The notes below the pieces were generated by a model, which was not told the DNA's origin, did no database searches, and worked only from the letters and a program-made list of their open reading frames with translations. The position numbers were made by a program, and so were the translations under genes. This document shows positions 13,032 through 27,533 of a stretch of 64,000 nucleotides of DNA, in pieces. Source of the DNA: Octopus vulgaris. Its lineage: Eukaryota. The stretch is from assembly GCA_951406725.2 (NCBI GenBank), contig OX597815.1, positions 180,110,001 through 180,174,000 of the forward strand. Reading direction: 5' to 3'. Each line of letters starts with the position of its first letter. Within the stretch, counting starts at the first letter, position 1.

Positions 13032-13353
13032 GTCACTGTTAATTGATAACCCAGACATATGATACCAAACCTAACTGTCTCACACAATGGCAGAGTATTT
13101 AATACCGGCTGCCTGTTTAGACTACACCTACCAATGCTGGCCATGGGACTTCGCTTGTAACTGTATACCATCAAATTTTGTTACCCCTACATAAAAACTG
13201 CTCAACCTTCCAAGTTCATTAACAGGGCTTTGAAAAACTGAAGGACCACTGCAATAGGTGTGAGAATCTGAGAGAGGAATATGTTGAATAAAACCATAAC
13301 TGATTCTCTTGTATTTTCTTTTACCCAATGCCAGGAACTTTCCAGCAAACCCT

Positions 13354-13386
<33 letters not shown>

Positions 13387-13387
13387 A

Positions 13388-13542
13388 CAATGGGCTTCTT
13401 TCAGTTTCCCTCTACCAAGTCAACCTATAAAGCTTTGGTTGGCCCCAGGCTATAGTAGAAGACACTTGCCCAAGTTTCCATGCAGTGTCACTGAACCTAG
13501 AACCATGTGGTTGGGAAGCAAGCTTCTTACCACCCAACCACA
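13388..13542 (-). mobile_element. SINE A, 5' half
   Basis: Head plus CORE-like block. Confidence 0.7.
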
Positions 13543-13774
13543 CCATTGTTAAGTTTTTGGAGAGTAAAAACAGAATTTGAGGGTTTTCTTTTATCTCTCC
13601 TTCCACAAACTTTCTAAATCTTCAGGTAAGTTTCATAAAATAAAAATATGGTTTGGGAAGCAACTCTTTTCCTCACCTATATGCCAAAATATGAAGATCT
13701 GCAACCAAGGATTGTTTATCATCTTAAATAACTTCAAGCCCCTATTAACAAGAAAAAGCTAATAAAAAAATATA

Positions 13775-14116
13775 AGTAGGGTGCTCCAAAAGGGGTCTCA
13801 GGGAGTAGTGTCCCTGCTTTCCTGAGCTACTTTTCCACCACATTTCTTAAAAATTGTGGTAGAGGCCTTAGTCTTGGGGCCACTTAGGTCTAGTAACTGA
13901 GGTTAGGGGTAAGCAAGGACATGCTCCCTGTAGAAAATCCTGCTCCAAAAAAAGCCTCATGATAGCGAAGGAGAATGGGCACCAGCCAGCCCAAAGGTTG
14001 GGGTGGGTTGAACCTGCCTACCTAGGTTGCTATGGTATTGAGGTAGATCTGGCCACCCTCGTTAACGGAGACAAAACCTGGATTTAAAACACTGGATGAT
14101 GATGATAATGATGATG
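13775..14116 (+). mobile_element. Family F dispersed repeat, copy 2, with (GAT)n tail
   Basis: Matches 11392-11626. Motif ggggtaagcaaggacatgctccctgtagaaaa parallels the family C motif aggaagggcatccagctgtagaaa. Confidence 0.7.
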
Positions 14117-15039
14117 AAGTACAATAAATGCTAACGAACATATGCTTATGAGCAAATATTCATGAACAAAAAAGCTGTTCCTACTTTACAAAGACATTCA
14201 AATTATGCGTATGTGTGTGGAGGGGGGGGGAGAAGGAGAGAGAGAGGATGTTTGAGTGCTAATGCATATCATATATAGACAACACACACACAGGTGCAAG
14301 CTTCATGTAATGCACGGTGGCAATGTACCCTGAACATAATTGAAAGGTAAACATTAACCATCGCTGCATTGAACAAATGTCATATAAATGTCAAACGACA
14401 GCATTCTGTGTATAGCAATGTATAAAAGTGTTTATAAAAATGTTTAAAATGTGCGCAAAGAGAATAAAGATGATCTCATCTATAATAACAAAGTCAGTGA
14501 GCTTTACGTTCTAGATGAGAAACACACATCGCGTGGAAGCAGCGTTCCCTAAGTAGGCTACGTGCTGTTGTTTAGCTGTTCAACTTTGGTGATGCTGTAA
14601 GCCTTCATTTCTCTCTTCCTTGCTGCAATGCTCTCTCTCTCACTTTCTCTTCCTCCCACTATCTCTTTCATCCTTGCCACTTCAATATATATCCATGTAC
14701 AGTCACAGCTCAGCTATACTCAACTCAACTCAGATGTTAACAAATGAAAAGTTAGGTTAAAAGCCAAGTTGCTTACACAAGTGAAAATATTTCAGATTTC
14801 AACACATTACAGTCATTTGTAAATTAATGATCTAATTAAAAATAAACAAATTTATTAGCTTAATTCATCTCATATCCAAGCATCCTGTTAACAATAGAAC
14901 CATAAGGCAAAGGTTTCTTATAGGCCAATCTCTAGGTCCATGATAAGAGAATGTATGTGCTTGGGCAAATAAAAGCCACAAGGATACACATTCAAACACA
15001 CAGGTTTCAACAGTCTCTCATTTAATATGTATATCTTTC

Positions 15040-15380
15040 AAGGCAGTGAGCTGGCAGAAACGTTAAGTATCAGTTGCATACTGGGGTCAATCTAATCGAC
15101 TGGCCCCCTCCCCCAAAATTTCAGGCCTTGTGCCTAGAGTAGACAAGTATATTTTCCAAAAAAAGGCAGCAAGCTGGCAGAAACGTTAGCATGCCAGGTG
15201 AAATGCTTAGCGGTATTTCATCTGTCATTATGTTCTGAGTTCAAATTCCACCGAGGTCAACTTTGCCTTTCATCCTTTCGGGGTCAATAAATTAAGTACC
15301 AGTTGTGTACTGAGGTCAATCTAATCAACTGGCCCCCTCCCACAAAATTTTGGAACTTGTGCCTAGAGTAGAAAAGAATA
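15040..15380 (+). mobile_element. Two tandem SINE B copies (internally deleted 15040-15152; full 15164-15380), tail type 1
   Basis: Head ggcagcaagctggcagaaacgttag, Meta-like core, tail ccttgtgcctagagtagaaaagaat. Confidence 0.8.
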
Positions 15381-15499
15381 TCTATATCTTTCAATAATAT
15401 ACACTGGCAAAAGAAATTCATACAGACACAAGCACATATATAGTTTATATACATGTGTGTTTGTGTGTGTCTGTGTGTGTACATGTGTGCGTGTGTGTA

Positions 15500-15840
15500 G
15501 CATAGCCTTACCGGCATTTGAGCTGGTGGTACCTAAAAAACAACATTCGAATGAGGCCACTGCCAGTGCTGCTGGACTGACTCCTGTGCAGGTGACACGT
15601 AAAAACATCATTTGAGCGTGGCTGTTGCCAGTACCGCCTGACTGGTCCTCATGCCGGCGGCACATAAAAGCACCCACAACACTCTCGGAGTAGTTGGCGT
15701 TAGGAAGAGCATCCAGCTGTAGAAACTCTGCCAGATCAGATTGGAGCCTGGTGCAGCCATCTGGCTCACTAGTCCTCAGTCAAACTGTCTAACCCATGCC
15801 AGCATGGAAAGCGGACGTTAAACAATGATGATGATGACGA
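15500..15840 (+). mobile_element. Family C repeat
   Basis: Family motifs and (GAT)n tail. Confidence 0.8.
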
Positions 15841-15854
15841 TATATATATGAAGT

Positions 15855-16180
15855 GAATACATGTGACTTAATGTTTTGAGTACTTGGCTCATAGTCACAA
15901 GGTCAAGACTTTGATACCCAGCAGCATGTTGTGTCCTTGAACATGACACGTTATTTCACATTGCTCCAGTCTACACATCTGGCAAAAATGAGTGGTACCT
16001 GTATTTCAAAAGACCAGCCTTGTCACATTCTATTTCATGCTGAATCTCCCTGAGAACTTATGTTAAGTGTATGCGTGTTTGTGGGGTGCTCAGCCATTTG
16101 CACGTTAATTTCACAAGCAGGCTGTTCTGCTGATCGGATCAACTGGAACCCTCGTTGTCGTAACTGGTTGAGTGCCAGTA
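15855..16180 (+). mobile_element. Degenerate tRNA/CORE-like SINE (family H)
   Basis: Decayed head followed by CORE-like tgtgtccttgaacatgacac. Single copy in this window. Confidence 0.45.
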
Positions 16181-16489
16181 AATAGCATATCTTGAATATA
16201 GGTTTCTAAATCAAATATACATAATTTATAGCTTTAATATGCAACGTAGTTCACTCTGCGGGGCACGGCCGGCCCTAAGATTGCTGGCGCCCTGGGCAAG
16301 CTGAATTTCAGCATGTACAAGCTGACCATCATGGAAATTCCCTTGGATTTGTCATGCTCTCCTTGGCGCCCCGGGCAACTTGTCAAACCATCCAACCCAT
16401 GGAAGGTGGATGTTAAACGATGATGAGGATGATGTTGATGAAGTCATTAAAACCCTTGTTAAGCAAGGCCAAGGTGGAAGCCTAACATC

Positions 16490-16706
16490 TTAACCCTTTA
16501 GTGTTCAGATTGTTCTATCAAACATAATGCTTATTGATTTGAATTAATCATGCATTATCTCATATCTTCAAGATCTTGATGGTGTAATTACTTAATGTAG
16601 AATAACATTGTAGGGTAGGTGTGAGAGCCTGGATCTGGTCAGTTTGAACATAAAACAGATTAGCTATTTTGGCCGGATATGGCCAGTTTAAATACTAAAG
16701 GGTTAA
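16490..16706 (+). mobile_element. TTAA-flanked piggyBac-like MITE (family D2)
   Basis: ttaaCCCTTTAGT...ACTAAAGGGttaa. Confidence 0.85.
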
Positions 16707-17651
16707 ACATTGACAAGTACTTGCAGATTTTTGCTAGTAGAGCAATGTAAAAGTGGGGCTTAACTATTCATGGGAAAGCAGGGTCCACTTCTTAACCATC
16801 TCACCTTTCCTTTTTCAACAACAGAGCAACATTGTAAAGCAATGGGATCGTTCCAGATACTGGTGTCTCAGCCAGGCATTTGAGTCTGGCTATTACTTGA
16901 AATCTTCTAATTATGATATCCAAAGATCAAGAAAGGATCAAGCTGTGGAGACGGAATCTTGCAGACCGTTTGTTTGGCAGATGTTGATGGTAAAATCCAT
17001 GTAGATGTTATTCAACAAGTTGTGACTTCAACAATTTGAAGAAATATTGAAGGTTTGAGATGAAAGCTTTAAGGTCAGCATATTTGCTTTTTGGTGCTAA
17101 AGTACTATTGACATTTAGGCACTGCAGAGTTGCCAGATTCTCTGCAAATGTCCCAAGATTCTGTGAAGAGAACAGGTGAGAGTGAATTTCCCTATTTTCT
17201 AAGAGATAGTGACAGTATTTAAGGGATAATGTAATTTTACAGCCATGTTTTTAAATAAATGCATAATTACCAAAATATCCTCTCCTTTCTGTGTTTCTTT
17301 CATTCAAAAGCAAAAGGAATTTTCTTAGATAACAATTAAGAAAATGAAAGTATCAAATGAAACAGGGTTCAGCTGTGAATAGAACTGACTGAACCAATTA
17401 TCCAGTTGACTCAATAAACATCCATCCATCCATCCATACACACACACACACACACACATACATACAATTGATACCCAAGATACTTTCAGCTTCGTAGCAA
17501 TTATTATTGGCGCAACAGGACACGTATCAAACCGTCTGGAGCCAAGTATGGCTAAACTTGGGTTCTTGGAAACAACATAAATCCTTAATTCATACGCTAC
17601 AAATGATCATGATATCTGGAACTATAAAAATCTGTAAGACTTTCTCAAGAT

Positions 17652-17883
17652 TTAACCCTTTAGCATTCAAACCGGCCATATCTGGCCAAAATATTCTACT
17701 TGATTTGTCGTCAGATCAGACAGTCCTGACCTGTCACACCTACCCTACAATGCTATTTTTAAGATAAACAGCCACCTGGTCGAAATCTCTCAAAGCTATG
17801 GGACAATTCATGAACAATTCAAAACAATGTGAATAAATAAGCATTATGTTTGACAGAATAATCTGAATGCTAAAAAGGGTTAA
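17652..17883 (-). mobile_element. TTAA-flanked piggyBac-like MITE (family D2)
   Basis: ttaaCCCTTTAGCATTCA...TGAATGCTAAAAAGGGttaa. Interior is inverted relative to 16490. Confidence 0.85.
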
Positions 17884-18138
17884 AGGGTGATGAACAAAAC
17901 AAAAAGTTTTCCTTCACACCTTGCTACCAAGTAGGTCGCCGGTTAAAATTCATTTGAAATTATTATAAAGAGATGGAGGAGAACAAACGCACGCACACAC
18001 ACATACATTATGGAACTTATGGGGGTAAAATTACAAAACTCCATACATTAATGCACATATTACATATGTGTGAGCCTTGGTCGTCTTTAATATAGGGAAT
18101 GGAAAATTAGTTTTGTCAGTGCACCTGAGCACTGTATA

Positions 18139-18525
18139 CTCTTTTACTCTTTTACTTGTTTCAGTCATTTGACTGTGGCCATGCTGGAACACCGCCTTTA
18201 GTCGAGCAAATCGAACCCGGGACTTATTCATTGTAAGCCCAGTACTTATTCTATTGGTCTCTTTTCCCGAACCGCTAGGTTACGGGGACGTAAACACACC
18301 AGCATCAGTTGTCAAGCAATGCTAGGGGGACAAACACACAGATACACACATATACATATATACGACAAGCTTCTTTCAGTTTCCGTCTACCAAATCCACT
18401 CACAAGGCATTGGTCGGCCCGGGGCTATAGCAGAAGACACTTGCCCAAGATGCCACGCAGTGGGACTGAACCCGGAACCATGTGATTGGTTAGCAAGCTA
18501 CTTACCACACGGCCACTCCTGCGCC
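18139..18525 (-). mobile_element. SINE family A, full length, young (CpGs retained)
   Basis: Complete head-to-tail match. Confidence 0.9.
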
Positions 18526-19545
18526 TATAATTACAATAATTTCATTATTATTTTTTTTTTTAAATAACAGATTGGTCCTCAATGGAATATTTTCGATCGT
18601 AGATACGTTCGATCCGGGGCTGATCTGGCAGTAAATACCGGCAAGGACAAATATGTGTAAATGAAGTTATATTTAGAAAGAGTTGGGGGAGTGACTTACA
18701 AATATGTTAGTATTATGAAGGGTCAGGTACAGATATTGAAAGAAAAAAACGATTTCGTTTATTCTGGGGGACAATGACCTTACGTTAGTAGAGATAGGTT
18801 AAACCGGATAATGCCAAGTTCGTGCTTTTCTAAAAATCCTATCAACACGGAATCGAAAATAAAAGGTGGTGAACTCAAATCGACGAAAAATTATTTCTAG
18901 TTGTACGAAAGATATTGATAGTAATTTACTATTTGAAGGCTGAAAAAAAAAAATTAACGAATAAAGATAAACAGCTTTGCATCATTCCTAGACGATTTAT
19001 CAAAATATATTTATAGATTATATATATTTATATATAGTTTACGTTACGTATATGCACGCCTGTGTATATTGATTTTTTCCCCCTCTATACTGATACACGG
19101 ATTCGGATTTTAAAAGAAATATGTAAATAAAATCCTGTGACATTCTTATAGTTCTCTATAGTAGAAAGGTGTGGGGGTAAAATGAAATGACCCGAACTAG
19201 TTGTGTCTCAACGAGGCAAGAATCTATTTTAAGCACCAATTATGAGAAATACATCTCAGAATGTTATATTTCTTTCCTTTTTTTCTTCTTTTCTTTCTGC
19301 GATCTGCATCGACTGACATGGTACCATGTGATATAAGATATAAGAGTACTGTTGACGAGCCGAAACCAAACCAAACTCAGTTTTGATTCCTCACTGAAAC
19401 ATTTCCATTTCGTCTACACTATCATTGAGAAAGATAAGAATGAAATAATTGCTTTCTCATCAATTAAAAATTCGGGACATGGGGTATCGATACACACAAG
19501 CAATTTGACAAGTGTTTTCGTTAGAAATTATGGTACCTTGCTAAT

Positions 19546-19594
<49 letters not shown>

Positions 19595-20229
19595 GTGTGT
19601 GTGTGTAATTTTATGTTGTATACATTACTTAGCATCGGCATTTAATGTTGTTATTGAAAAGGCACATCATAAATAAAAGAAAAGCAGAGACAAAGCCCTC
19701 TGCCTCCTCCAACAGAAATCCTTTCACCAGGCACTGCGTGTCAGTCAGTGAATAATTGCAATAATTATGATGGGTAGGAATGGGGTAAGAGTGGCCACTT
19801 CATTGCTTCGTGGTAGCGATAGAGTTTTTTGATAATTTTTATCCTGAAACAAGTGTTCTTATCAACAACAGTCGCAGCAGGAGTAATCAAATTATCAACG
19901 GGAGAGAGAATTGACGATTATCAGCAACAGAAGCAAAGCAACAGTCGCCGGAGGATGCGGCAGGCTGAACTTTGACCCTGGGTGTCAAGTGGGGTGGCAG
20001 CCCCAAAAAGTTTGGGAACCATCGATTTAAAGGACCCAAAGATCTGCATTTTGCGTCACAGTCTACCTCAGCATGGTTTCTGTCACCAAACCTTTCCAAT
20101 CCATGATTTAATTCTTCGTGTTCAGAGTGATATGTTATGTATACTCCAAAGGAATTTTCCCGCGAACTGATAATTTCGACCCTATTAAATTTCAAGTATC
20201 AATATATATATATATATACACACACGCAG

Positions 20230-20260
<31 letters not shown>

Positions 20261-20514
20261 CACCTCTGTCTTTTTTAACTTTTAATTTTCTCTGTTTTTG
20301 GCTTTAAGCTTCCTGATTCTATGGAGGTCATCAAAGAAGTCGGACGAAAGGCAGAAATGTTATGTGTAGGCGTGAAGTACACGAAAGATTGATAGAGAGA
20401 ATGAACAGCACAAAAAAAAAAAAACCACACCTAGATCTGTGAATGGAATAAATAACAGCAGAGTATGGAAATCTAACTGTTAAATTCAATTACGAGCCAT
20501 ACATGTACGTGTGA

Positions 20515-20845
20515 ATGCGTATGTATGTATGTATGTATGTATGTATGTGTGTGTGTATGTATATATATGTATGTATATATGTGTGTGTATGAATGTATTT
20601 ATATGTATGTATATATGTGTGTATGTATGAATGTGTGTATGTATGTATGAATGTGTATGTATGTATATGTATGCATGTGTATGTATGTATGAAGGTGTAT
20701 ATATGTATATGTGTGTATGTATGTATGTGTGTATGTATGAATGCGTGTATGTATGAATGTGTATGTATGTATATGTATATGTGTATGTATGTATATGTAT
20801 GTGTGTGTATGTATGTGTGTACGTGTATGTATGTGTGTGTATGTA
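20515..20845. repeat. (TGTA)n-type compound microsatellite
   Basis: Directly visible. Confidence 0.9.
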
Positions 20846-21446
20846 AGGTTATTGTTTGTAAAATTAATACTAAACAAGAAGTAACTCGCACAAAGCAGAG
20901 TTGGAGCCGAAATGAATATTTCGACAAAGATACAGACTGCAACATCGAAGTTTCGCCCGCAACATAACTTCGAAGTGACAGTCACCATGTATTCTTCTTA
21001 ATAATTGCTTTTAATATAGCAGAAGTTTTGGGATTTCGATTAGGTGCAGAAATAGTCGACTACATGGACCCAGTATCCTACTGGCATTTTATTTTGGCTG
21101 GCCCTGTAACGGTTCTGTCGCTGGACCCGATTCTTCTACATGTGCAAGTGTGCTGCCGTATGAAAAATACACAAAAATACCTGTCCCATACACAAGCAAA
21201 TATATCATCCCCGTGTCTATAATGAACATCCACATGCAAACCGTTCTAAATAATACACAATGCTCGGATTTTCAGACGAAATATCTTACAAACTATAGAA
21301 TTTTCTCAATAAAGCCAAGAAAAAATTATGTTTTATAAACACATTCTACCAGTATACGAAGTTTAAAAGTGTTTAGTTAACTAGAAATTGTGTTGACATC
21401 TGCCGTTCAAAGGGAAAAGATCCCACAAACGGTTAATGATACGTTG

Positions 21447-21608
21447 CGAGTTCAAATTCCGCCGAGGTCGACTTTGCCTTTCATCCTTTCGGGGTCGATA
21501 AATTAAGTACCAGTTACGCACTGGGGTCGATGTAATCGACTTAATACCTATGTCTGTCCTTGTTTGTCCCCTCTGTGTTTAGCCCCTTGTGGGTAATAAA
21601 GAAATAGG
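21447..21608 (+). mobile_element. SINE B, 5'-truncated, tail type 2
   Basis: B box, Meta-like core, tail gccccttgtgggtaataaagaaatagg. Confidence 0.8.
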
Positions 21609-21668
21609 TTAATGAATGAATCGGCGAACTAAAGGTACCTAGAGTAGACGAAATAAAACACGCGGACA

Positions 21669-21720
21669 TGTGCCCCAGCATGGTCACAGCTCGTGAGCTA
21701 AAACTAGATGAAATGAAATA
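21669..21720 (+). mobile_element. Extremely 5'-truncated CR1-like 3' end (a second one lies at about 23097-23145)
   Basis: gtgccccagcatggtcacagctcgtgagctaaaactagatgaaatgaaa matches the LINE tail at 40133-40195. Confidence 0.7.
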
Positions 21721-22142
21721 AAACACACGGATATGAATTCAACATTGTTCATTATATATGGTCCATCTATAATGATTTCACCGCGAATATCAGTGAAGAA
21801 AAAGACCGCCGGCCTGCATTGAGTTGACCTTTTATAATACAGACACGACGTGGAGCGAAAAATAATCAACACCTTGAAACTACGAAGGCCGCAATTCGTT
21901 ATTCAGGTCATTTAGTATTATTATTTCATTTTTTTGTGTGTGTGTGTGGTTTATTTAGTTATTTGTATATCTATTTACGTTTGATCGTCTGAGGGGAAAT
22001 GAATCAAGACATTAAAACTGGGAAGAGCTTCGCCAATGAAATGATTTATAAGAATAAACATACATGAGCACACACACACACACAAAATTATATGTGTGTG
22101 TGTGTATACGCGCGCGCAAAATATGTATATATTCTATCAATC

Positions 22143-23232
<1,090 letters not shown>

Positions 23233-23803
23233 ACATAAATACACACACACATGTGGTTAAGAAGGTTGCTTCCTATTCATGTGGTCTCAAGTTCAATGCT
23301 ACTGTGCAGTACCTTGGACTTCTACTAAAGTCTTGTGAGAGGATTCGGGACACAGAAACTGAAAAAGCCAGTCCTGTATAAATATATACGTGTATGTGTG
23401 TGTATGTGTGTGTGTGTGTATGTGTGTGTGTCTTTATCTTAGCATCATGTGATCATTGTAAACAAGCATCATCATCATCATAGAAGTGATGTTGTTTGTT
23501 TCTAGGGCATGGGGAGAATATTAACTGGTTCGGAAACAGGCGATGGTGGGCATCAGGAAAGGCACCCAGCTGCAGAAAAACCTGCCACAACAAATTGTCT
23601 CTGGCCAATGCAAGCATGGCAGAGTGAAAGTTAAAATGTCGATCATGATGATCTACACACATTCATATACAAGCATGGATATATATATATATATACAGTT
23701 ACATTGAACAAGCGATGAATGGTGAAACCTAAGTCGCAGTTACCCCCCAGAATTATCTATAATTACATCTATAAATACACAGTATGTGTGTGTGTATTCA
23801 TGT

Positions 23804-23857
<54 letters not shown>

Positions 23858-24032
23858 TATTGACGTCATAGGAATTTATAAACTTAGGATGTGAAATAAT
23901 TCTTTTTAAGAAGTGTATTTCAAAGCAAAACGGCTAAAAATAACAGTGTGGGTTAAAGCATGCATACATACATACAATATATATATATATATACATATGT
24001 GTGGGTGTATTTGTGTGGGTGTGGATATATAA

Positions 24033-24076
<44 letters not shown>

Positions 24077-24133
24077 ATATGCCATCATGGAAGGCAGACA
24101 AATGATGATAATGATGTATATATGTATATATAA

Positions 24134-24164
<31 letters not shown>

Positions 24165-24419
24165 CATGCACACATGTAACATACATTGGCACCATGCACA
24201 CACACATGCATATATATAAATATATATATATACATACATATATATATATATCATCATCATCCCCATCATTAATTCAATGGCCATTTTCCACACTTGCTGA
24301 GTTCAAACGTAATTATTTAAAACGGATTTTCTAAGGCAAGTTACCCTTTCTATCACCAACTCACATCTATTTCCCATCAATATATATATATATACTCAGA
24401 TATATCTACAAATATATAT

Positions 24420-24640
24420 TCTTTTCTACTCTAGGCACAAGACCCAAAATTTTGGGGGAGCGTAGGGGAGGGCAGTCGATTACATCGACCCCAGTACACA
24501 ACTGGCACATAATTTATCGACCCCGAAAGGATGAAAGGCAAAGCTGACTTTGGTAGAATTTGAACTCAGAATGTAAAGACAGACAAAATACTGCTAAGCA
24601 TTTCGCCCAGCATGCTAATGTTTCTGCCAGCTTGCCATCT
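24420..24640 (-). mobile_element. SINE B, full length, tail type 1
   Basis: Family match. Confidence 0.8.
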
Positions 24641-24657
24641 TTCTACATATATATATA

Positions 24658-24829
24658 CCAGAGTAAACACATAAATGTGAAACAAGGTGGAAAAAAGAGT
24701 ACTCAAATACCAGGGGTAGAGTAATATGCTTTATCTAAAAGCAGCAGAAATTTTAAAAAAACCTGTTACTCAGAGTTTCACGTTCCCGTTCGTCGAGTAA
24801 CAGGTTTTGTTGAATTTCTGCTGCTTTTA
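24658..24829 (-). mobile_element. Fold-back Penelope-like fragment with a minimal HHR remnant at the inversion centre
   Basis: Inverted arms at about 24736-24771 and 24795-24829. Minus strand centre: (ctc)GACGA-acg-ggaa-cgt-GAAA-ctctgag-TA-acagg. Flanked by (TA)n. Confidence 0.6.
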
Positions 24830-24963
24830 CATATATATATATATATATATATACATATGCACATACACAAATACACCCCCCACTGTAGATAGATAGACAG
24901 ATAGATATATAATCATCATCTAATGTTTGTTCTATGGGATGGACATTTTGACAGGATCTAAAG

Positions 24964-25247
24964 CAGTGGTTCCAAAAGTGGGTGGTAATGCCCCCTCCCC
25001 CACCCCGGGTGGAGGTGGTAAGTTCCAAGGGTTTGTTGAAGAAAAGTGGTGCAATAATGGGGTAGTGGTTCATGTAAAAACAACAAAATAATGGATTCGT
25101 TCGGTTAAGTTTTATTTTTGAAACGGTTGTTTTGAATTTGCTTCGGAAAGTGGTCTATGTTTGTGATGGCTAGTCGGGGTAGGGGCACTAGGAATGTTAA
25201 CTGGGTATCAAGGGGGTGGCAGCCCCAAAAAAGTTTGGGAACCATCG
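24964..25247 (+). mobile_element. hAT-type MITE
   Basis: TIRs cagtggttccaaaa / tttgggaaccatcg. 8-bp TSD atctaaag / atttaaaa. Confidence 0.7.
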
Positions 25248-26054
25248 ATTTAAAAGACCCAAAGAACTGCATTTTGCTTCACAGCCTACCTCAGCATGGT
25301 TTCTGCCACCAAACGCTTTACAACAAATACTGGGTGCATATTGATGCAGCCAGCACTAGTTAGGTCGACACGCTGCTTGTAAAACTGTAAACCTCAAGGG
25401 CAGTGGCTTCATGCTTGGAGATGAGGGCTCAAAATCTGAGAGTGAAGCCCAAATTAGAAGAGTTTTCTTGCTGTATTGGAACCTCCATGGCTACTCAGAT
25501 TTTTAGAAGAGAAACTGTGTGGTCAGAGTGGTGACAAGATAAATATAGGTATGATGCAGCCTCTGTGGATCTTCGAGGTATGAGGTGGATAGATGGGAGC
25601 AGGGGCAAAAGAAATGTGGATGGCTGGATGGATGGATGGATGGGTGGGTGGGGTTAGCAAAAGTGCTGAAGTCAGTGAGTAATGGCCGATGGGTGTAGCA
25701 GTGAATATAGTGAATGAAGAACAAGTGGACCAAAAAACTGGGTAATATACACATGTGCTTCTGAATATACAGAGACATTGATAAGTAGAGCCACACATAA
25801 GGAGAGGAGAGACATCCAGTTGTAAAACAAAGACTCGTTACAATATATTCATCTAACACATGATGACATAGCAAAATATATGTAAAAATGAATGAACAAA
25901 TATGTATCAAATATATATATACACATATGTATGTGTGTGTAGGTGGGGTGTATGATGGATTCTCTTGTCATGAACGACAAATGAGGGTTCAATAAAATAA
26001 AGCAGTAATCATATTCTATGGACCTGAATATGTCTCTTCAGAGAGACACGCACA

Positions 26055-26055
26055 C

Positions 26056-26105
<50 letters not shown>

Positions 26106-26205
26106 ACCAGTACATGTATCTATAGATTATTATATATAGATATGAATATATATATGATGATGATGATACATGCATACATATATTGACATGCGTATTTCAC
26201 ACTGC

Positions 26206-26251
<46 letters not shown>

Positions 26252-26439
26252 ATATGTATGTATTATATGTTTTATATATATATATATATATATGTATATA
26301 CATGCTTGTATGTATGTATATATATATATGTTTGTATATATATATATATGTATTTGTATGTGTGTATATATGTATATATATATATGTATATATATGCATA
26401 TATATATATATATATATATATATGATATATATATGCATG

Positions 26440-26470
<31 letters not shown>

Positions 26471-26515
26471 GCATTTATATATATATATATATATACATAT
26501 GCATGTATATATATG

Positions 26516-26574
<59 letters not shown>

Positions 26575-26626
26575 TATATATATGTACATATATATATATG
26601 TACATATCTATATATACACACACATA

Positions 26627-26678
<52 letters not shown>

Positions 26679-26775
26679 TGTACAAATATATGTGTACGTG
26701 TGCATACCAATATATATATATATATGTATATATAATGTATGTAGACAAATACATGTATATAAGCATATATACATA
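26055..26775. repeat. Long degenerate (TA)n/(TGTA)n microsatellite
   Basis: Directly visible; source of many spurious YI-rich ORFs. Confidence 0.95.
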
Positions 26776-27081
26776 TTCATGAATATAAGAAAATGAGATG
26801 AGAAAAGAAATAAACAATTATCGTATGACCTTTATTGGCTTACAGTTGTTTCTGCTACATGATGCAGTGGACTCATAGTTGAAACCCTGAATATAGTCAT
26901 ACATTTATATTCAAATATTTATATGTATATACAGATATATTGTCATGCACTGTTGCACTTTAAACCTGATGTAAGAACTCAGTATACAAATGCATCAGAA
27001 CAAAAGACATCAAACAAGTATAGAGCAGTAATAAGGAGTTAAAAATGACAAAGGAAGAGGGGATTATATCATGAATGACAT

Positions 27082-27165
27082 TGTCTTACAGCTGTTTCAG
27101 CTACAGGTTGCAACACACTCAGATTTTGGGTGCTTCTGTAATCACCCGGAAGCTTCATTGGAACA
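27082..27165 (-). ncRNA. Degenerate minimal type I HHR-like motif with a long stem II loop
   Basis: Minus: tgtt-CCAATGA-agct...agct-GAAA-cagctg-TA-agaca, with palindromic helix III ACAGCTGT. Confidence 0.4.
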
Positions 27166-27489
27166 TCAGACATGAAGTGGCCTCGTGTTTGAAGCGATAG
27201 GGTGATATGCAAGCATTCTACTAGGAGTGCATCGCATTTTATGGCAGAAACATACACATGCACATACACACACACACATTCATATCTATATTTATATATG
27301 TATACATATATAGAATATATATTTATGCAAAAGTATATGACAATGATGATGATGATAATATACACACATATACAAATATATATAGATATTTACACACATA
27401 TCTACACATATATGTGTATATATATATATAAACATACATATTTATACATATATACATATGTAAACATACATATTTAGACATGTCTATAT

Positions 27490-27493
<4 letters not shown>

Positions 27494-27533
<40 letters not shown>

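Noticed and set aside
19860-19975. Signal-peptide-like minus-strand frame (PATVALLLLLIIV)
   Set aside because: No start codon or splice context, and it stops immediately.
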